From positions 121,693 through 185,692 of the forward strand of contig CABYXC010000001.1 in the NCBI GenBank assembly GCA_902522865.1: a stretch of 64,000 nucleotides of DNA. The letters are read 5' to 3'. Source of the DNA: an uncultured Alphaproteobacteria bacterium. GTDB lineage: Bacteria; Pseudomonadota; Alphaproteobacteria; HIMB59; GCA-002718135. Numbering within the stretch: position 1 is the stretch's first letter; every line of letters begins with the position of its first letter. The notes beneath the pieces were generated by a model. The model searched no databases. It had not been told where the DNA came from and saw nothing but the letters and a program-made list of their open reading frames with translations. This document shows positions 45,273 to 55,847 of the stretch, piece by piece. The position numbers and the translations under genes were made by a program.

Positions 45273-45956
45273 ATGAAACTTAAAATGCTTATCGTAGAAG
45301 ATGAAGAAGCATTATTAGAACTTCTAAAATTTAATTTTAACAAAGAAGGATATAAAATAGATACTGCAACGGACGGTGAAACTGCTCTAGAAAAAATATT
45401 ATATAAACCACCTGACATAATTATTCTTGATTGGATGTTACCTGAGTTATCAGGAATTGAACTCTGTCGAAGAATTAGAAAACATAAAGAACATAAAAAT
45501 ATTCCAATAATAATGTTAACAGCAAAAGGTGAAGAAGAAGATAAACTTCGCGGCTTAGAAACTGGTGCAGATGATTACATTACAAAACCTTTTTCGGTTA
45601 ACGAATTAGTGGCAAGAGTAAAAGCTGTTCTTCGACGAATAAGACCAATGTTTGTAGATGAAGTTTTAACTTATAAAGGAATAGTAATTGATCTTGTATC
45701 TCACTCGGCATCACGAGATGGCGAAACTCTTCATCTTGGTCCAACAGAATTTAATTTATTAGCTTTCTTTATGGAAAATATTGGTCGTGTCTTTAGCCGT
45801 GAACAATTACTTAATCATGTTTGGAAAAATGAGGCCCATGTAGAACCTCGAACAGTTGATGTTCATATAAGAAGACTGCGAAAGGCCATTAATAATGACG
45901 TAAAAGAAGATTTTATAAGAACCGTCAGATCAGCAGGATATTGTTTTGGCTCGTAA
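45273..45956 (+). CDS. phoB: phosphate regulon response regulator (OmpR family)
   Basis: 227 aa with receiver domain (DWMLPELSG) plus winged-helix (VDVHIRRLRKAI). Confidence 0.9.
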   Translation: MKLKMLIVEDEEALLELLKFNFNKEGYKIDTATDGETALEKILYKPPDIIILDWMLPELSGIELCRRIRKHKEHKNIPIIMLTAKGEEEDKLRGLETGADDYITKPFSVNELVARVKAVLRRIRPMFVDEVLTYKGIVIDLVSHSASRDGETLHLGPTEFNLLAFFMENIGRVFSREQLLNHVWKNEAHVEPRTVDVHIRRLRKAINNDVKEDFIRTVRSAGYCFGS

Positions 45957-46010
45957 TTAAGCCATAAATTTCACTTATACAAATCACTTACCAAACTATA
46001 AAACCACCAT

Positions 46011-47558
46011 ATGAAGAGTCTTTTTAGATCATTCTTTACTGTCAGCTTCTATACATTTTTAAGTCGAGTATTAGGTTTTATCCGTGACATATTAATAGCA
46101 AGATATCTTGGATCAACAGTAATTGCTGACGCATTCTTCGTAGCATTTCGTATTCCTAATTTTTTTCGCCGTGTCCTAGCAGAAGGAGCATACAGTGCTG
46201 CATTAATCCCTGTTTTCTCAGGTGTTGTTCTCAATCCAAAAGATGAACGCGAGGCTTCTGATTTTGTTGAAAACACAACCTCCATGTTACTATTTGCTAC
46301 GCTAGTTTTAACGATCCTTTTTTTCTTTGGAATGCCTTATATCATCCAAGTTTTAGCACCTGGTTTTACTGATAATAAAGAGGCCTATGAACTTGCCGTG
46401 CATTTTGGAAAAATAATTTTCCCCTATATTATTTTTATTTCCTTAGCTGCTCACTTTGCCTCAATTAATAATGTTCATGAACGTTTTGCGGTTGGTGCAT
46501 TTGCTCCTGCTATTTTGAATATTAGTTTTATTCTGTCGTTATTCTTTTTAACACCTTTTGTAACTACTGCAGGTCACGCATTATCGTATGGTGTATTAAT
46601 AGGAGGAGTTTTACAATTTCTATATTTATACAGATCAGTTTTAAATTTTTACCGGCCACGTATTCGCATTCCCGTTTTAAATGAAAAACTCAAAAAGTTT
46701 TTCAAATTATTTTTACCCGGTGTTGTGGGTTCAGGTGTTATTCAATCAAATATTGTTATTGGAACTATCATTGCTTCTTTTTTACCTGTTGGTGCAATCA
46801 GTCATATTTATTATGCGGATCGTCTTAACCAACTTCCACTTGCCATCTTTGGGATAGCACTTGGTATTGTTCTTTTACCAAGTTTATCAAAAGCAATTAA
46901 ACAATCAGATCAAGAAACAACAAATAATATTCAAAATAGATCTATTGAATTTTCGTTATTAATCTCTTTACCATCAGCCATAGGATTATTTATTTTAGCT
47001 GAACCTATTATCCATATTTTATTTGAACGAGGCGCATTTGTAAAAGAAGATACTTTTTATACTGCCAAAGTGCTAAGTTACTTTGCTTTAGGTCTACCTG
47101 CATATATTATAATTAAAGTTTTAGTTTCCTGTTTCTTTGCAAGAGAAGATACTAAAACACCACTATACATATCTATTGTCAGTGTGATCACTAATGTTGT
47201 GATATCGCTACTTTTAATTGGATCAATGAGAGAAATGGGCATTGCTGTTGCAACAGCAATTAGTGCATGGGTAAATGCATTATTACTGTACCTCTTTTTA
47301 GCTATTAGGAATCATATGAAATTTGACGATCTATTAGTAAGGAATTCCATTAAAATTTTACTAAGCTCATCCTTATTATTTGTAGGAATATACTTATTGA
47401 ATGGACTATTCTTTACGAATATTAGTGGTAATTCGGAGTTATTAAATTCATCACTTTTACTTCTAATGATCTTTTTAGCTATAATTATTTATTTTGGATT
47501 AGTAATTATGTTAAAAGTCCTATCGGTAAATCAGTTAAAAGAATATTTAAAAAGATAA
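46011..47558 (+). CDS. murJ: lipid II flippase MurJ/MviN
   Basis: 515 aa, 14-TM MOP family. N-terminal [17 protein letters not shown] block. Confidence 0.9.
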   Translation: MKSLFRSFFTVSFYTFLSRVLGFIRDILIARYLGSTVIADAFFVAFRIPNFFRRVLAEGAYSAALIPVFSGVVLNPKDEREASDFVENTTSMLLFATLVLTILFFFGMPYIIQVLAPGFTDNKEAYELAVHFGKIIFPYIIFISLAAHFASINNVHERFAVGAFAPAILNISFILSLFFLTPFVTTAGHALSYGVLIGGVLQFLYLYRSVLNFYRPRIRIPVLNEKLKKFFKLFLPGVVGSGVIQSNIVIGTIIASFLPVGAISHIYYADRLNQLPLAIFGIALGIVLLPSLSKAIKQSDQETTNNIQNRSIEFSLLISLPSAIGLFILAEPIIHILFERGAFVKEDTFYTAKVLSYFALGLPAYIIIKVLVSCFFAREDTKTPLYISIVSVITNVVISLLLIGSMREMGIAVATAISAWVNALLLYLFLAIRNHMKFDDLLVRNSIKILLSSSLLFVGIYLLNGLFFTNISGNSELLNSSLLLLMIFLAIIIYFGLVIMLKVLSVNQLKEYLKR

Positions 47559-47559
47559 T

Positions 47560-48567
47560 ATGGAAAAACCAACAAAAAGAATTTTATCTGGTGTGCAACC
47601 ATCTGGTGATTTGCATTTAGGAAATTATCTTGGTGCCATAAAAAATTTTGTTTCTCTTCAAAAAGAATACGAATGTTTTTTTTGTGTTGTTGATTTACAT
47701 GCTATTACTGTTTGGCAAGATCCAAAAGTTTTAGCAAATAAAACACGAGAAGTAACAGCTGCCTTTATTGCTTCTGGTATTGATCCAAACAAAAATAATA
47801 TTTTTGTTCAATCACAAGTGCCTCAACATGCACAGCTTGGTTGGTTGTTTAATTGTGTTGCTCGAATGGGATGGTTAAACCGGATGACGCAATTTAAAGA
47901 TAAGGCTGGTAAAAATAGTGAGAATGTTTCTGTTGGTTTATTTTCTTATCCAACATTAATGGCAGCAGATATACTAATTTATCTAGCAACGCACGTTCCT
48001 GTAGGTGATGATCAAAAACAACATTTGGAATTAACAAGAGATATAGCACAAAAATTTAATAATGATTTTAAGACAGATTTTTTTCCTATTCCTGAACCAT
48101 TAATTTTAGGAGAGGCTACAAGAGTGATGAGTCTTCGCGATGGGTCAAAAAAAATGAGTAAATCAGATCCTTCTGATTATTCAAGAATAATGTTAACTGA
48201 TACGGCAGAAAATATTATACAAAAAATTAAAAAAGCAAAAACAGATCCTGAACCATTACCACAAGATAAAACTGGTTTAGAAAAAAGACCAGAAGCTGAA
48301 AACCTAATCTCAATATTCGCTTCTTTGCAAGATACATCAATTGAAAGTGTTATTAAAGATTATGCGGGTAAAGAATTTTCTACTTTTAAAAAAGATTTAG
48401 CAGATTTATCCGTATCTAAATTAGAGCCTATTACTAGTGAAATGAATAAACTTATGAGCGATGTTTCTTATATCGATTCTATTTTAAAACGGGGTCAAGA
48501 TAATGCTATTGCAGTAGCAGAACCAGTTTTACAGAAAACAAAAGAAATTATTGGCTTTTTAACATAA
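47560..48567 (+). CDS. trpS: tryptophan--tRNA ligase
   Basis: 335 aa. [16 protein letters not shown] (HIGH) and KMSKS motifs. Confidence 0.95.
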   Translation: MEKPTKRILSGVQPSGDLHLGNYLGAIKNFVSLQKEYECFFCVVDLHAITVWQDPKVLANKTREVTAAFIASGIDPNKNNIFVQSQVPQHAQLGWLFNCVARMGWLNRMTQFKDKAGKNSENVSVGLFSYPTLMAADILIYLATHVPVGDDQKQHLELTRDIAQKFNNDFKTDFFPIPEPLILGEATRVMSLRDGSKKMSKSDPSDYSRIMLTDTAENIIQKIKKAKTDPEPLPQDKTGLEKRPEAENLISIFASLQDTSIESVIKDYAGKEFSTFKKDLADLSVSKLEPITSEMNKLMSDVSYIDSILKRGQDNAIAVAEPVLQKTKEIIGFLT

Positions 48568-48641
48568 AAAATTCCCCAAAATTTGTATTTTTTTACAGAA
48601 TATTCATACTAAAGACATATTAATAACTATATATAAGCCAT

Positions 48642-49205
48642 ATGTTTATACAAACAGAACAAACGCCTAATCCTCAAACTTTAAAGTTTTTACCGGGCAA
48701 AGTTGTCATGGATGATGGGACAGCTTTCTTTCAAAATATTGAAGAGGCTGTTAACTCACCATTTGCTAAACGATTATTTGACTTAGAAGGAGTGGAAGGA
48801 GTCTTTTTTGGTAGTGATTTTATTACTATAACAAAAGGGCAATCCCTAGATTGGCAAGTTATGAAGCCATTAATATTAGGTTCAATCATGGATCATTATA
48901 ATTCAGGTGACGAAACAATTACCGCTGTGAAGAAAAGTGATGACTCTTTAAAAGTTGATGAAGAAAATGATACCGATATTGTAAAACAAATCAAAGAGCT
49001 ACTTGATACAAGAGTAAGACCTGCAGTAGCAATGGATGGTGGTGACATAATATATGACAGTTTTAAGGATGGTGTCGTCTATCTACATATGCAAGGTGCA
49101 TGTTCAGGATGTCCTAGTTCCACAGCAACACTTAAAATGGGAATAGAAAATATGCTTAAGCATTACGTTCCTGAAGTACAAGAAGTTAGACCTATTGATG
49201 CATAA
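48642..49205 (+). CDS. NifU/Nfu-type Fe-S cluster scaffold protein
   Basis: 187 aa. Nfu_N domain (TPNPQTLKFLPG) plus C-terminal CSGCPSS. Confidence 0.85.
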   Translation: MFIQTEQTPNPQTLKFLPGKVVMDDGTAFFQNIEEAVNSPFAKRLFDLEGVEGVFFGSDFITITKGQSLDWQVMKPLILGSIMDHYNSGDETITAVKKSDDSLKVDEENDTDIVKQIKELLDTRVRPAVAMDGGDIIYDSFKDGVVYLHMQGACSGCPSSTATLKMGIENMLKHYVPEVQEVRPIDA

Positions 49206-50187
49206 AATTTTTTTGTATCCTTTGGTGATTATTGGACTAGCAATTACCATTCCAACTATTGCCTTTGAAGAAAAATCTTCAACACTAGATGTTAAATACA
49301 AACTAAATGCTGAATTGGATGAGCTTGTTTTAAATTATTGTAAGACTTATGACTCGTATACAATTAACAAACTTTATTCAGAAAAAGATATTTTAAAAAA
49401 CGACATTCTAAATAAATTAAAGAAAAAAAAATTTTTAGTTAATATTAAAACTAAACCTTTAAATCCAAAATCATATTCTGGTATAGAACATAAGGCACGA
49501 GTTAATTTAGTTACAAATTTATCTGAAAAAGACTTTCAGCATTTAAATGAACAAAAAAAACAATTTGTAAAGACAGTTCTACCATTAATAATAAATGAAA
49601 ACCAAAAAATCTTATCAAATAGAAATGATCTAATTTTTTTACGCTCTAAGCTTACGGAAAATAATTCACTAAATAATTATGAATTAAGTAAATTAAGAAA
49701 ACTTTCTAAAAAATATAAAATTAAATTTGATAATGAACATAAAATGGAAATAATTAATAAACTTCTTTTAAGAGTTGAAATAATCCCTAATTCCATTGTT
49801 TTAGCTCAAGCTGCAATTGAAAGTGGCTGGGGATCATCTAGATTTGCTCAGGAATATAATGCATTATTTGGAGAATATACCTATGATAACTCTAAAGGAG
49901 TTGTTCCACTGGAAAGGGAAAATGGAGATAGGCATTTAATTAAAGCATTTAATTCATATAATCACAGTGTTGCGTCATACTTTAATAATATTAATTCTCA
50001 TTACGCATATGAAGATTTTCGTGAAATTAGAAATATAATGAGAGAAAGAAATAATTTCTCAAATGCCAGCTTACTTGTTGAAAGACTATCTACTTATGCA
50101 GAAGATGAAAATTATATAAAAACAATTAAACAAGTAATTAAGACTAATAACTTTAGTATTTTTGATCAAAAAATTATTTCTTATTAA
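49195..50187 (+). CDS. glucosaminidase-domain (FlgJ/Bax-like) peptidoglycan hydrolase
   Basis: 330 aa. AQAAIESGWGSSRFAQEYNALFG block and an N-terminal membrane anchor. The likely start is the ATG at 49198. Confidence 0.75.
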   Translation: MMHKIFLYPLVIIGLAITIPTIAFEEKSSTLDVKYKLNAELDELVLNYCKTYDSYTINKLYSEKDILKNDILNKLKKKKFLVNIKTKPLNPKSYSGIEHKARVNLVTNLSEKDFQHLNEQKKQFVKTVLPLIINENQKILSNRNDLIFLRSKLTENNSLNNYELSKLRKLSKKYKIKFDNEHKMEIINKLLLRVEIIPNSIVLAQAAIESGWGSSRFAQEYNALFGEYTYDNSKGVVPLERENGDRHLIKAFNSYNHSVASYFNNINSHYAYEDFREIRNIMRERNNFSNASLLVERLSTYAEDENYIKTIKQVIKTNNFSIFDQKIISY

Positions 50188-51216
50188 TTAAAAATAGAAT
50201 TGGTGCCCAAACCATCTCCAATTTCCATCACTATCTTTAACGGTACAATTCATTCTTGATCTTCCAGCTGATAATTCTCTTGAAAGTCTTATTTCAATTC
50301 TTTCATTAAATTTATAAACTTCTCTATCAACTTGACCTTTGCTATCAAATACAAAACAATCTAGAGATTGTGCTTTCTTATCATCAAGAAGAGAAAAACC
50401 TATAAATGGTGGATTTTGTTCAATCGTTGGATTTTTAGGAATAAAGTCGTAAACTCCTAAACCTTTAGCTGAAGCAGCAAATTTAACTCTATCTATTTCA
50501 CCATACCTCTCATTTAGTGAAAACCTTGGTAGGTAATACATATTTGAAGTCTCATTAATTATTCCAGAATGCTGACCAAACGCAACTTTAAACTTATATT
50601 CTTTTACTAATTCAATAATTTCATCTGTTGTCTCACCATAAGGAAATGCAAATAAAGTTGGTATTTCGCCAAGTTCTTTCAGAAAAATTTTATTAGATGT
50701 TTCTATTTCATTTCTAACTTCTTCAATACTAATATCTGGCATATGAGCATGTGTATGTGAGTGTGCACCAATTATTACACCCTCTTCTTTAAGTTTTCTT
50801 ATCTGATCCCAGTTAATATATTTTTTATTATTGGCAATTGTTCCTGTTGTTACAAATAAGGTTACTGGAATATTATTTTTTTTAAATATAGGCCATCCAA
50901 CTTCTAAAAAAGACTTATCAGCATCATCTACACTTATACCAATTGTATTTTCCGGAAGATCTCCATCATTAAGAATTGAATCAACAATAAAATCTAATGA
51001 TTTAATAGTATATTTTTCTTTAGTTAATTCTTCAATGTGACTATTAAGTTGATCAATAGTAACGCTTGTTGTAGGATATTTTGCAACTCCAAATTTATGG
51101 TACATAAATACTGTAGCTGAATTTTTTATCTCATTTGCGAAAGTTACACTTACTAATAAAAAAGTTAAAGAAATACTTTTTAAAAACAGCAATAGTATGT
51201 AATTATGAAATTTCAT
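50188..51216 (-). CDS. polysaccharide deacetylase family protein
   Basis: 342 aa with signal peptide. DD and HSHTH metal-site blocks of NodB-type deacetylases. Confidence 0.75.
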   Translation of the reverse strand: MKFHNYILLLFLKSISLTFLLVSVTFANEIKNSATVFMYHKFGVAKYPTTSVTIDQLNSHIEELTKEKYTIKSLDFIVDSILNDGDLPENTIGISVDDADKSFLEVGWPIFKKNNIPVTLFVTTGTIANNKKYINWDQIRKLKEEGVIIGAHSHTHAHMPDISIEEVRNEIETSNKIFLKELGEIPTLFAFPYGETTDEIIELVKEYKFKVAFGQHSGIINETSNMYYLPRFSLNERYGEIDRVKFAASAKGLGVYDFIPKNPTIEQNPPFIGFSLLDDKKAQSLDCFVFDSKGQVDREVYKFNERIEIRLSRELSAGRSRMNCTVKDSDGNWRWFGHQFYF

Positions 51217-51828
51217 ATGTTATTATTTTTAGATATTATATCATCAATACCAGAATTTTGTGTAATTGATGACAACAAAGTAATATTACAGCAGAAAATT
51301 ACTCAAGATGAATCAGATAGATTGAGTGATAATATAATACAATCATATATAGAAATAAATAAACGTTTAAATCTATCAAAAAATCTTAAAAAAATTTCTT
51401 CCACAATTGGTCCGGGATCTTACACAAGCTTGCGAGTTGGCTCAGCATTTATATCTGGTATCATGATTTCTAACAAAATCCCTTACTCTCCAATATCTAT
51501 TGAGGACATTATAAATTTTAATTCAAAAAAACATTCCAAAAAAAATTTAGGAGTTTTTATAACTTCATCTAATAATCAGGAATTTTTATGTTATAAAAAT
51601 GATAATAACGTTATGGAATACAATAAGATTGAAAGCAATAAATATTCAATTCCTAAACATATTGAATTAATTCTTTTTAATAAAACTAAAATTAATGGAA
51701 ATAATGAGTTAGAACAAATTAAGTTTACTTTTTTTGAAGAATTTTATAATAATTTTAATAATTTAATATTTAAAAAAAATATAATCATTAAACCTATTTA
51801 TATATCAAATAATCAATTACTAAATTGA
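51205..51828 (+). CDS. tsaB: tRNA t6A biosynthesis protein TsaB
   Basis: 207 aa. GPGSYTSLRVG motif. The more plausible start is the ATG at 51217 (MLLFLDI..). Confidence 0.75.
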   Translation: MKFHMLLFLDIISSIPEFCVIDDNKVILQQKITQDESDRLSDNIIQSYIEINKRLNLSKNLKKISSTIGPGSYTSLRVGSAFISGIMISNKIPYSPISIEDIINFNSKKHSKKNLGVFITSSNNQEFLCYKNDNNVMEYNKIESNKYSIPKHIELILFNKTKINGNNELEQIKFTFFEEFYNNFNNLIFKKNIIIKPIYISNNQLLN

Positions 51829-52304
51829 ATAGAATTCTTTTAATCAACAAAGAAGAGCTATCTTCAATCATTAAGCTTATGGATGATAACAAAGATGAAT
51901 TTGATTATTTTAAAAAGATCGGATGGAATATAATAAATATTGAAAGTCAATTATGTAAAGATAATAACTACTCTCTTGGTTATTATAAAGACAATAATTT
52001 AGTAGGAGTTTTAATTGGTGAAAAAATTAATAATGATAAACATAGTGATTTAGAATTGCATATTTTATTTGTATTAAAAGATCAAAGAAGAAAACAAATT
52101 GCTACAAAATTATTAAATTATATTGAAAAAAATGTAATTAATTTATCGAAAATATTTATTGAAGTTGCTGAAGATAATGTAAATGCAATAAGCTTTTATA
52201 AAAAAAACGACTTTGTTTTTTTTAATTTTAGACATAATTATTATAGATATAATGATAAAAATATACATGCTAAATGTTTTATAAAAAAAATTGTTAATGA
52301 GTGA
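51825..52304 (+). CDS. rimI: GNAT acetyltransferase, RimI-like
   Basis: 159 aa. TTG start overlapping the tsaB stop. Conserved tsaB-rimI pairing. Confidence 0.65.
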   Translation: MNRILLINKEELSSIIKLMDDNKDEFDYFKKIGWNIINIESQLCKDNNYSLGYYKDNNLVGVLIGEKINNDKHSDLELHILFVLKDQRRKQIATKLLNYIEKNVINLSKIFIEVAEDNVNAISFYKKNDFVFFNFRHNYYRYNDKNIHAKCFIKKIVNE

Positions 52305-53598
52305 TAAATATATTTATATAAAATCATATGGCTGTCAGATGAATGTATACGACAGTAACCGTATTAGAGATTTATTTTCGAACAAAGGATATAAAATTAC
52401 TGACGATGTTTCAAAAGCAGATTTAACAGTTTTGAACACTTGTCATATTAGGGAAAAGGCAGTTGAGAAAGTCTACTCTGATATTGGACGAGTTAAAAAA
52501 ATTAAAGACAAAAAAAAGAGCATGAAATTAGTTGTTGCCGGTTGTGTAGCTCAAGCAGAGGGTCTTGAGATAAAAAAAAGATCACCGTCAGTTGATTATG
52601 TTGTAGGACCACAATCATATCATAAACTTCCTGATATGATCAATAAAGTTGATGAATTAGAAAATAGTGAGTTTTTACAAAACGAAAAATTTAAAAACTT
52701 AATATTTAACTCTTCAAATTTATCATCTGAATTTTTGTCTATTCAAGAAGGATGCGATAAATTTTGTTCTTTCTGTGTAGTTCCATATACCAGGGGTCCA
52801 GAATTTTCTAGACCGGTCAATGATATTCTAGATGAGACAAAAAAATATGTTTCAAATGGAATCAAAGAAATAATTTTACTAGGTCAAAATGTTAATGCCT
52901 ATCACGGTATAGCCTCTGATGGAAAATCTAAAGACCTAGCTTATTTGATTAATAAGCTAGGTGAAATTGAAGAAATTAAGAGGATTAGATATATGACATC
53001 CCATCCAATCGATATGAAAGATTCTCTAATTAATGCTCATGCTGACAATTCAAAACTAATGCCATTCCTTCATCTACCTATTCAATCTGGTTCAGATAAA
53101 ATTTTAAAAAAAATGAACAGAAAACACACAGTTGATGATTATTTAAAAATTGTAGAAAAAATAAGAAACGTTCGTCCTGATATTGCTCTTTCATCAGATT
53201 TTATTGTTGGTTTTCCAGAAGAAACAGATAAAGATTTTGAAGATACAATGAAATTTATTGAAAAGGTTAATTTTGTAATTGCTTACTCATTCATTTATAG
53301 TCCAAGACCAGGAACACCTGCTCAAAACAAAGATAATATTAATATATTAGATAAAAAAGCACGCTTAAGTGCATTGCAGTCCTTGCTTACCCAGCAGCAA
53401 ATAAATTTTAATAAGTCATTTGTTAATAAAGGTATGGAAGTACTATTTGAAAAAATTGGAAGACACAAAGATCAATTTATAGGTCGTACAATTTATAATC
53501 AAAGCACATTTGTTAACTCAAAAAAAAATTTATTAAACCAAATCATGAATGTAAAAATTATAAACTCAACTAATTTTGCTCTTGAATGTCAGATATAG
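52291..53598 (+). CDS. miaB: tRNA-2-methylthio-N6-dimethylallyladenosine synthase
   Basis: 435 aa. SYGCQMN N-terminal cluster and radical-SAM CDKFCSFC. The probable start is the ATG at 52297. Confidence 0.9.
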   Translation: MLMSDKYIYIKSYGCQMNVYDSNRIRDLFSNKGYKITDDVSKADLTVLNTCHIREKAVEKVYSDIGRVKKIKDKKKSMKLVVAGCVAQAEGLEIKKRSPSVDYVVGPQSYHKLPDMINKVDELENSEFLQNEKFKNLIFNSSNLSSEFLSIQEGCDKFCSFCVVPYTRGPEFSRPVNDILDETKKYVSNGIKEIILLGQNVNAYHGIASDGKSKDLAYLINKLGEIEEIKRIRYMTSHPIDMKDSLINAHADNSKLMPFLHLPIQSGSDKILKKMNRKHTVDDYLKIVEKIRNVRPDIALSSDFIVGFPEETDKDFEDTMKFIEKVNFVIAYSFIYSPRPGTPAQNKDNINILDKKARLSALQSLLTQQQINFNKSFVNKGMEVLFEKIGRHKDQFIGRTIYNQSTFVNSKKNLLNQIMNVKIINSTNFALECQI

Positions 53599-54545
53599 TT
53601 GATAAGAATGAAAATCTGGAATTAGAATTAGACGACAACACAATTTTAAGTAATTTATTTGGAATTAATGATAGAAACCTATCTCTCATAGAACAAATTA
53701 ATCAAGTGAAGATCCAATATCGAGGAAATAAAATTAAAATATCAGGTAATAAAAAATCAATTTTTGAAACCAAGAAAACTATTCTTATTTTATTTAAAGA
53801 AGCGCAAAATGGTGCAGAAATAGATGAGGATAGAATAAGAGATAATAAAAGCTTAATATCTATGAATATTAAAACAGACAAACAGATGGATCTATTTATT
53901 CAAACTAAAAAAAGAAAAATTATACCAAGAACTGAAATACAAAATAAATATCTTCAACTACTAAATTCTAAAAACATAACATTTGCTATTGGGCCTGCTG
54001 GGACAGGAAAGACCTATTTAGCTGTCGCTAAAGCAGTTTCAGCACTTCAAGATGGTAAAGTAAATAAAATTATTCTATCAAGACCAGCAGTTGAAGCAGG
54101 AGAAAAATTAGGATTTCTTCCAGGCGATTTAAAAGAAAAAGTAGATCCTTTTTTGAGACCTATTTATGATGCTTTATATTCAATGTTACCTTATGAGCAG
54201 GTTGAAAAAAAATTACTCAATAACACAATTGAAATAGCGCCAATTGCATTTATGAGAGGAAGAACTCTTGAAGATTGTTTTATAATTTTAGATGAAGCTC
54301 AAAATACAACAAAAACACAAATGAAAATGTTCCTAACAAGACTAGGTAAAAATAGTCAAATGGTAGTTGTAGGAGATATTACACAGATCGATCTTGTAAG
54401 TGAAAAAGACTCAGGGCTTAAGGATGCATTGAAAAAATTAAACAAGGTTAACGATATAGGTTTTATTGAATTATCAGAAAAGGATGTAGTTCGACATGAT
54501 CTAGTAAAAAAGATTATTAATGCGTATGAAAAACATAAAAGTTGA
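53586..54545 (+). CDS. ybeZ: PhoH-like ATPase (YbeZ)
   Basis: 319 aa. GPAGTGKTYLAV Walker A and ILDEAQN Walker B. Confidence 0.9.
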   Translation: MSDIVDKNENLELELDDNTILSNLFGINDRNLSLIEQINQVKIQYRGNKIKISGNKKSIFETKKTILILFKEAQNGAEIDEDRIRDNKSLISMNIKTDKQMDLFIQTKKRKIIPRTEIQNKYLQLLNSKNITFAIGPAGTGKTYLAVAKAVSALQDGKVNKIILSRPAVEAGEKLGFLPGDLKEKVDPFLRPIYDALYSMLPYEQVEKKLLNNTIEIAPIAFMRGRTLEDCFIILDEAQNTTKTQMKMFLTRLGKNSQMVVVGDITQIDLVSEKDSGLKDALKKLNKVNDIGFIELSEKDVVRHDLVKKIINAYEKHKS

Positions 54546-54999
54546 TTTTTTTTCAGAATCAAAAAAATGGCCCAGACGAATACCTAAAATTAAAATTATT
54601 ACAAAAAAAACTATAAATAAGATGAGATCTTATTTCAAAAGAGATCATAGATTTGAATTAAATATAATTTTAACAGATAAATCAAAAATGATAAAACTTA
54701 ATAAAAACTATAAAAACAAACAATCCGACACAGATGTTCTTACTTTTATTTTAGAGAATTCAAATAAAAATGTTGGAAAAATTTTATATTGTGATATTTT
54801 TTTCTCTATAGATACTATTGAAAAATTCATACACAAGAATAAAATTAGCATATATGATCATTTTAACCATTTACTAATACATAGTTTGTTGCATATTAAC
54901 GGATATGATCATAAAAAAAATTTAGATTTTAACAAAATGAAAAAAGAGGAGATAAAAATTTTAGGATCATTTGGAATTAATAATCCTTATATAATTTAA
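54520..54999 (+). CDS. ybeY: rRNA maturation endoribonuclease YbeY
   Basis: 159 aa. HSLLHINGYDH zinc motif. Confidence 0.9.
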   Translation: MRMKNIKVDFFSESKKWPRRIPKIKIITKKTINKMRSYFKRDHRFELNIILTDKSKMIKLNKNYKNKQSDTDVLTFILENSNKNVGKILYCDIFFSIDTIEKFIHKNKISIYDHFNHLLIHSLLHINGYDHKKNLDFNKMKKEEIKILGSFGINNPYII

Positions 55000-55847
55000 T
55001 GAACACAAATAACGCAGATAAAACATCTAGTTGGAAAAATTGGATAATTAAAAAATTGTTATCTAATGATTCAACCAAAGAAGATATCTTAAATTTTATA
55101 GCTAATGATAAAGATGATAAAGATCTTGAAGATCTTAATGACAATAATGAAAAAAATCTAATTAAGAACATTGTAAATTTGAATGAAAAAAGTGTTGAAG
55201 ATTTAATGATACCTAGAAGTGAAATAATAGCCCTCGATCATGATAAATCCTATAAAGAAATTTTAGAAATCATTAAAGAGGAAGGACATTCTAGATATCC
55301 AGTATACAAAAAAAATATCGATAATGTAATTGGCTTTTTTCATATAAAAGATTTTATTAAATCCTCGCAACATACATTTCAAATGAATGAAATTATAAGA
55401 GATGTTCTATATGTTGCTCCAAAATCACCAATCTTAGATTTATTAAAAACTATGAGATCTTCTAGGATTCACATAGGGCTTGTTGTGGATGGAGTTGGAG
55501 GTGTAGATGGACTGGTAACAATAGAAGATTTGGTTGAAGAAATAGTTGGAGAGATAGAAGATGAACATGATGCTGAAGATGAGGAAGAGTTAGTTTATAA
55601 AAAATCAAATAACTCAATTACTGTAGATGCTAGCTATAGAGTTGAAGATTTGGAGGAATTTTTTGCTATAAATATTCCTAGAAATGCAGATGACGAAACT
55701 TCTTCTGTAGGTGGCTTAGTATATGAAAAGATAAATAGGATACCAAAAAATAATGAAATAATAGATTTTAATGACGAACTTAGGATCAAGATTGTTAAAT
55801 CAAGCAATAGAAAAATTGAAATAGTTGAAGTAAATAAAAATAATTGA
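54999..55847 (+). CDS. corC: CBS-pair / CorC-HlyC domain protein
   Basis: 282 aa. Standard position after ybeY, with a transporter-associated C-terminal domain. Confidence 0.8.
   Translation: MNTNNADKTSSWKNWIIKKLLSNDSTKEDILNFIANDKDDKDLEDLNDNNEKNLIKNIVNLNEKSVEDLMIPRSEIIALDHDKSYKEILEIIKEEGHSRYPVYKKNIDNVIGFFHIKDFIKSSQHTFQMNEIIRDVLYVAPKSPILDLLKTMRSSRIHIGLVVDGVGGVDGLVTIEDLVEEIVGEIEDEHDAEDEEELVYKKSNNSITVDASYRVEDLEEFFAINIPRNADDETSSVGGLVYEKINRIPKNNEIIDFNDELRIKIVKSSNRKIEIVEVNKNN

Noticed and set aside
53586-54545. PhoH-like gene as an additional member of the phosphate island
   Set aside because: It sits in the universally conserved miaB-ybeZ-ybeY-corC-lnt cluster, 8 kb beyond phoB. The name is historical and gives no evidence for a link to the P region.
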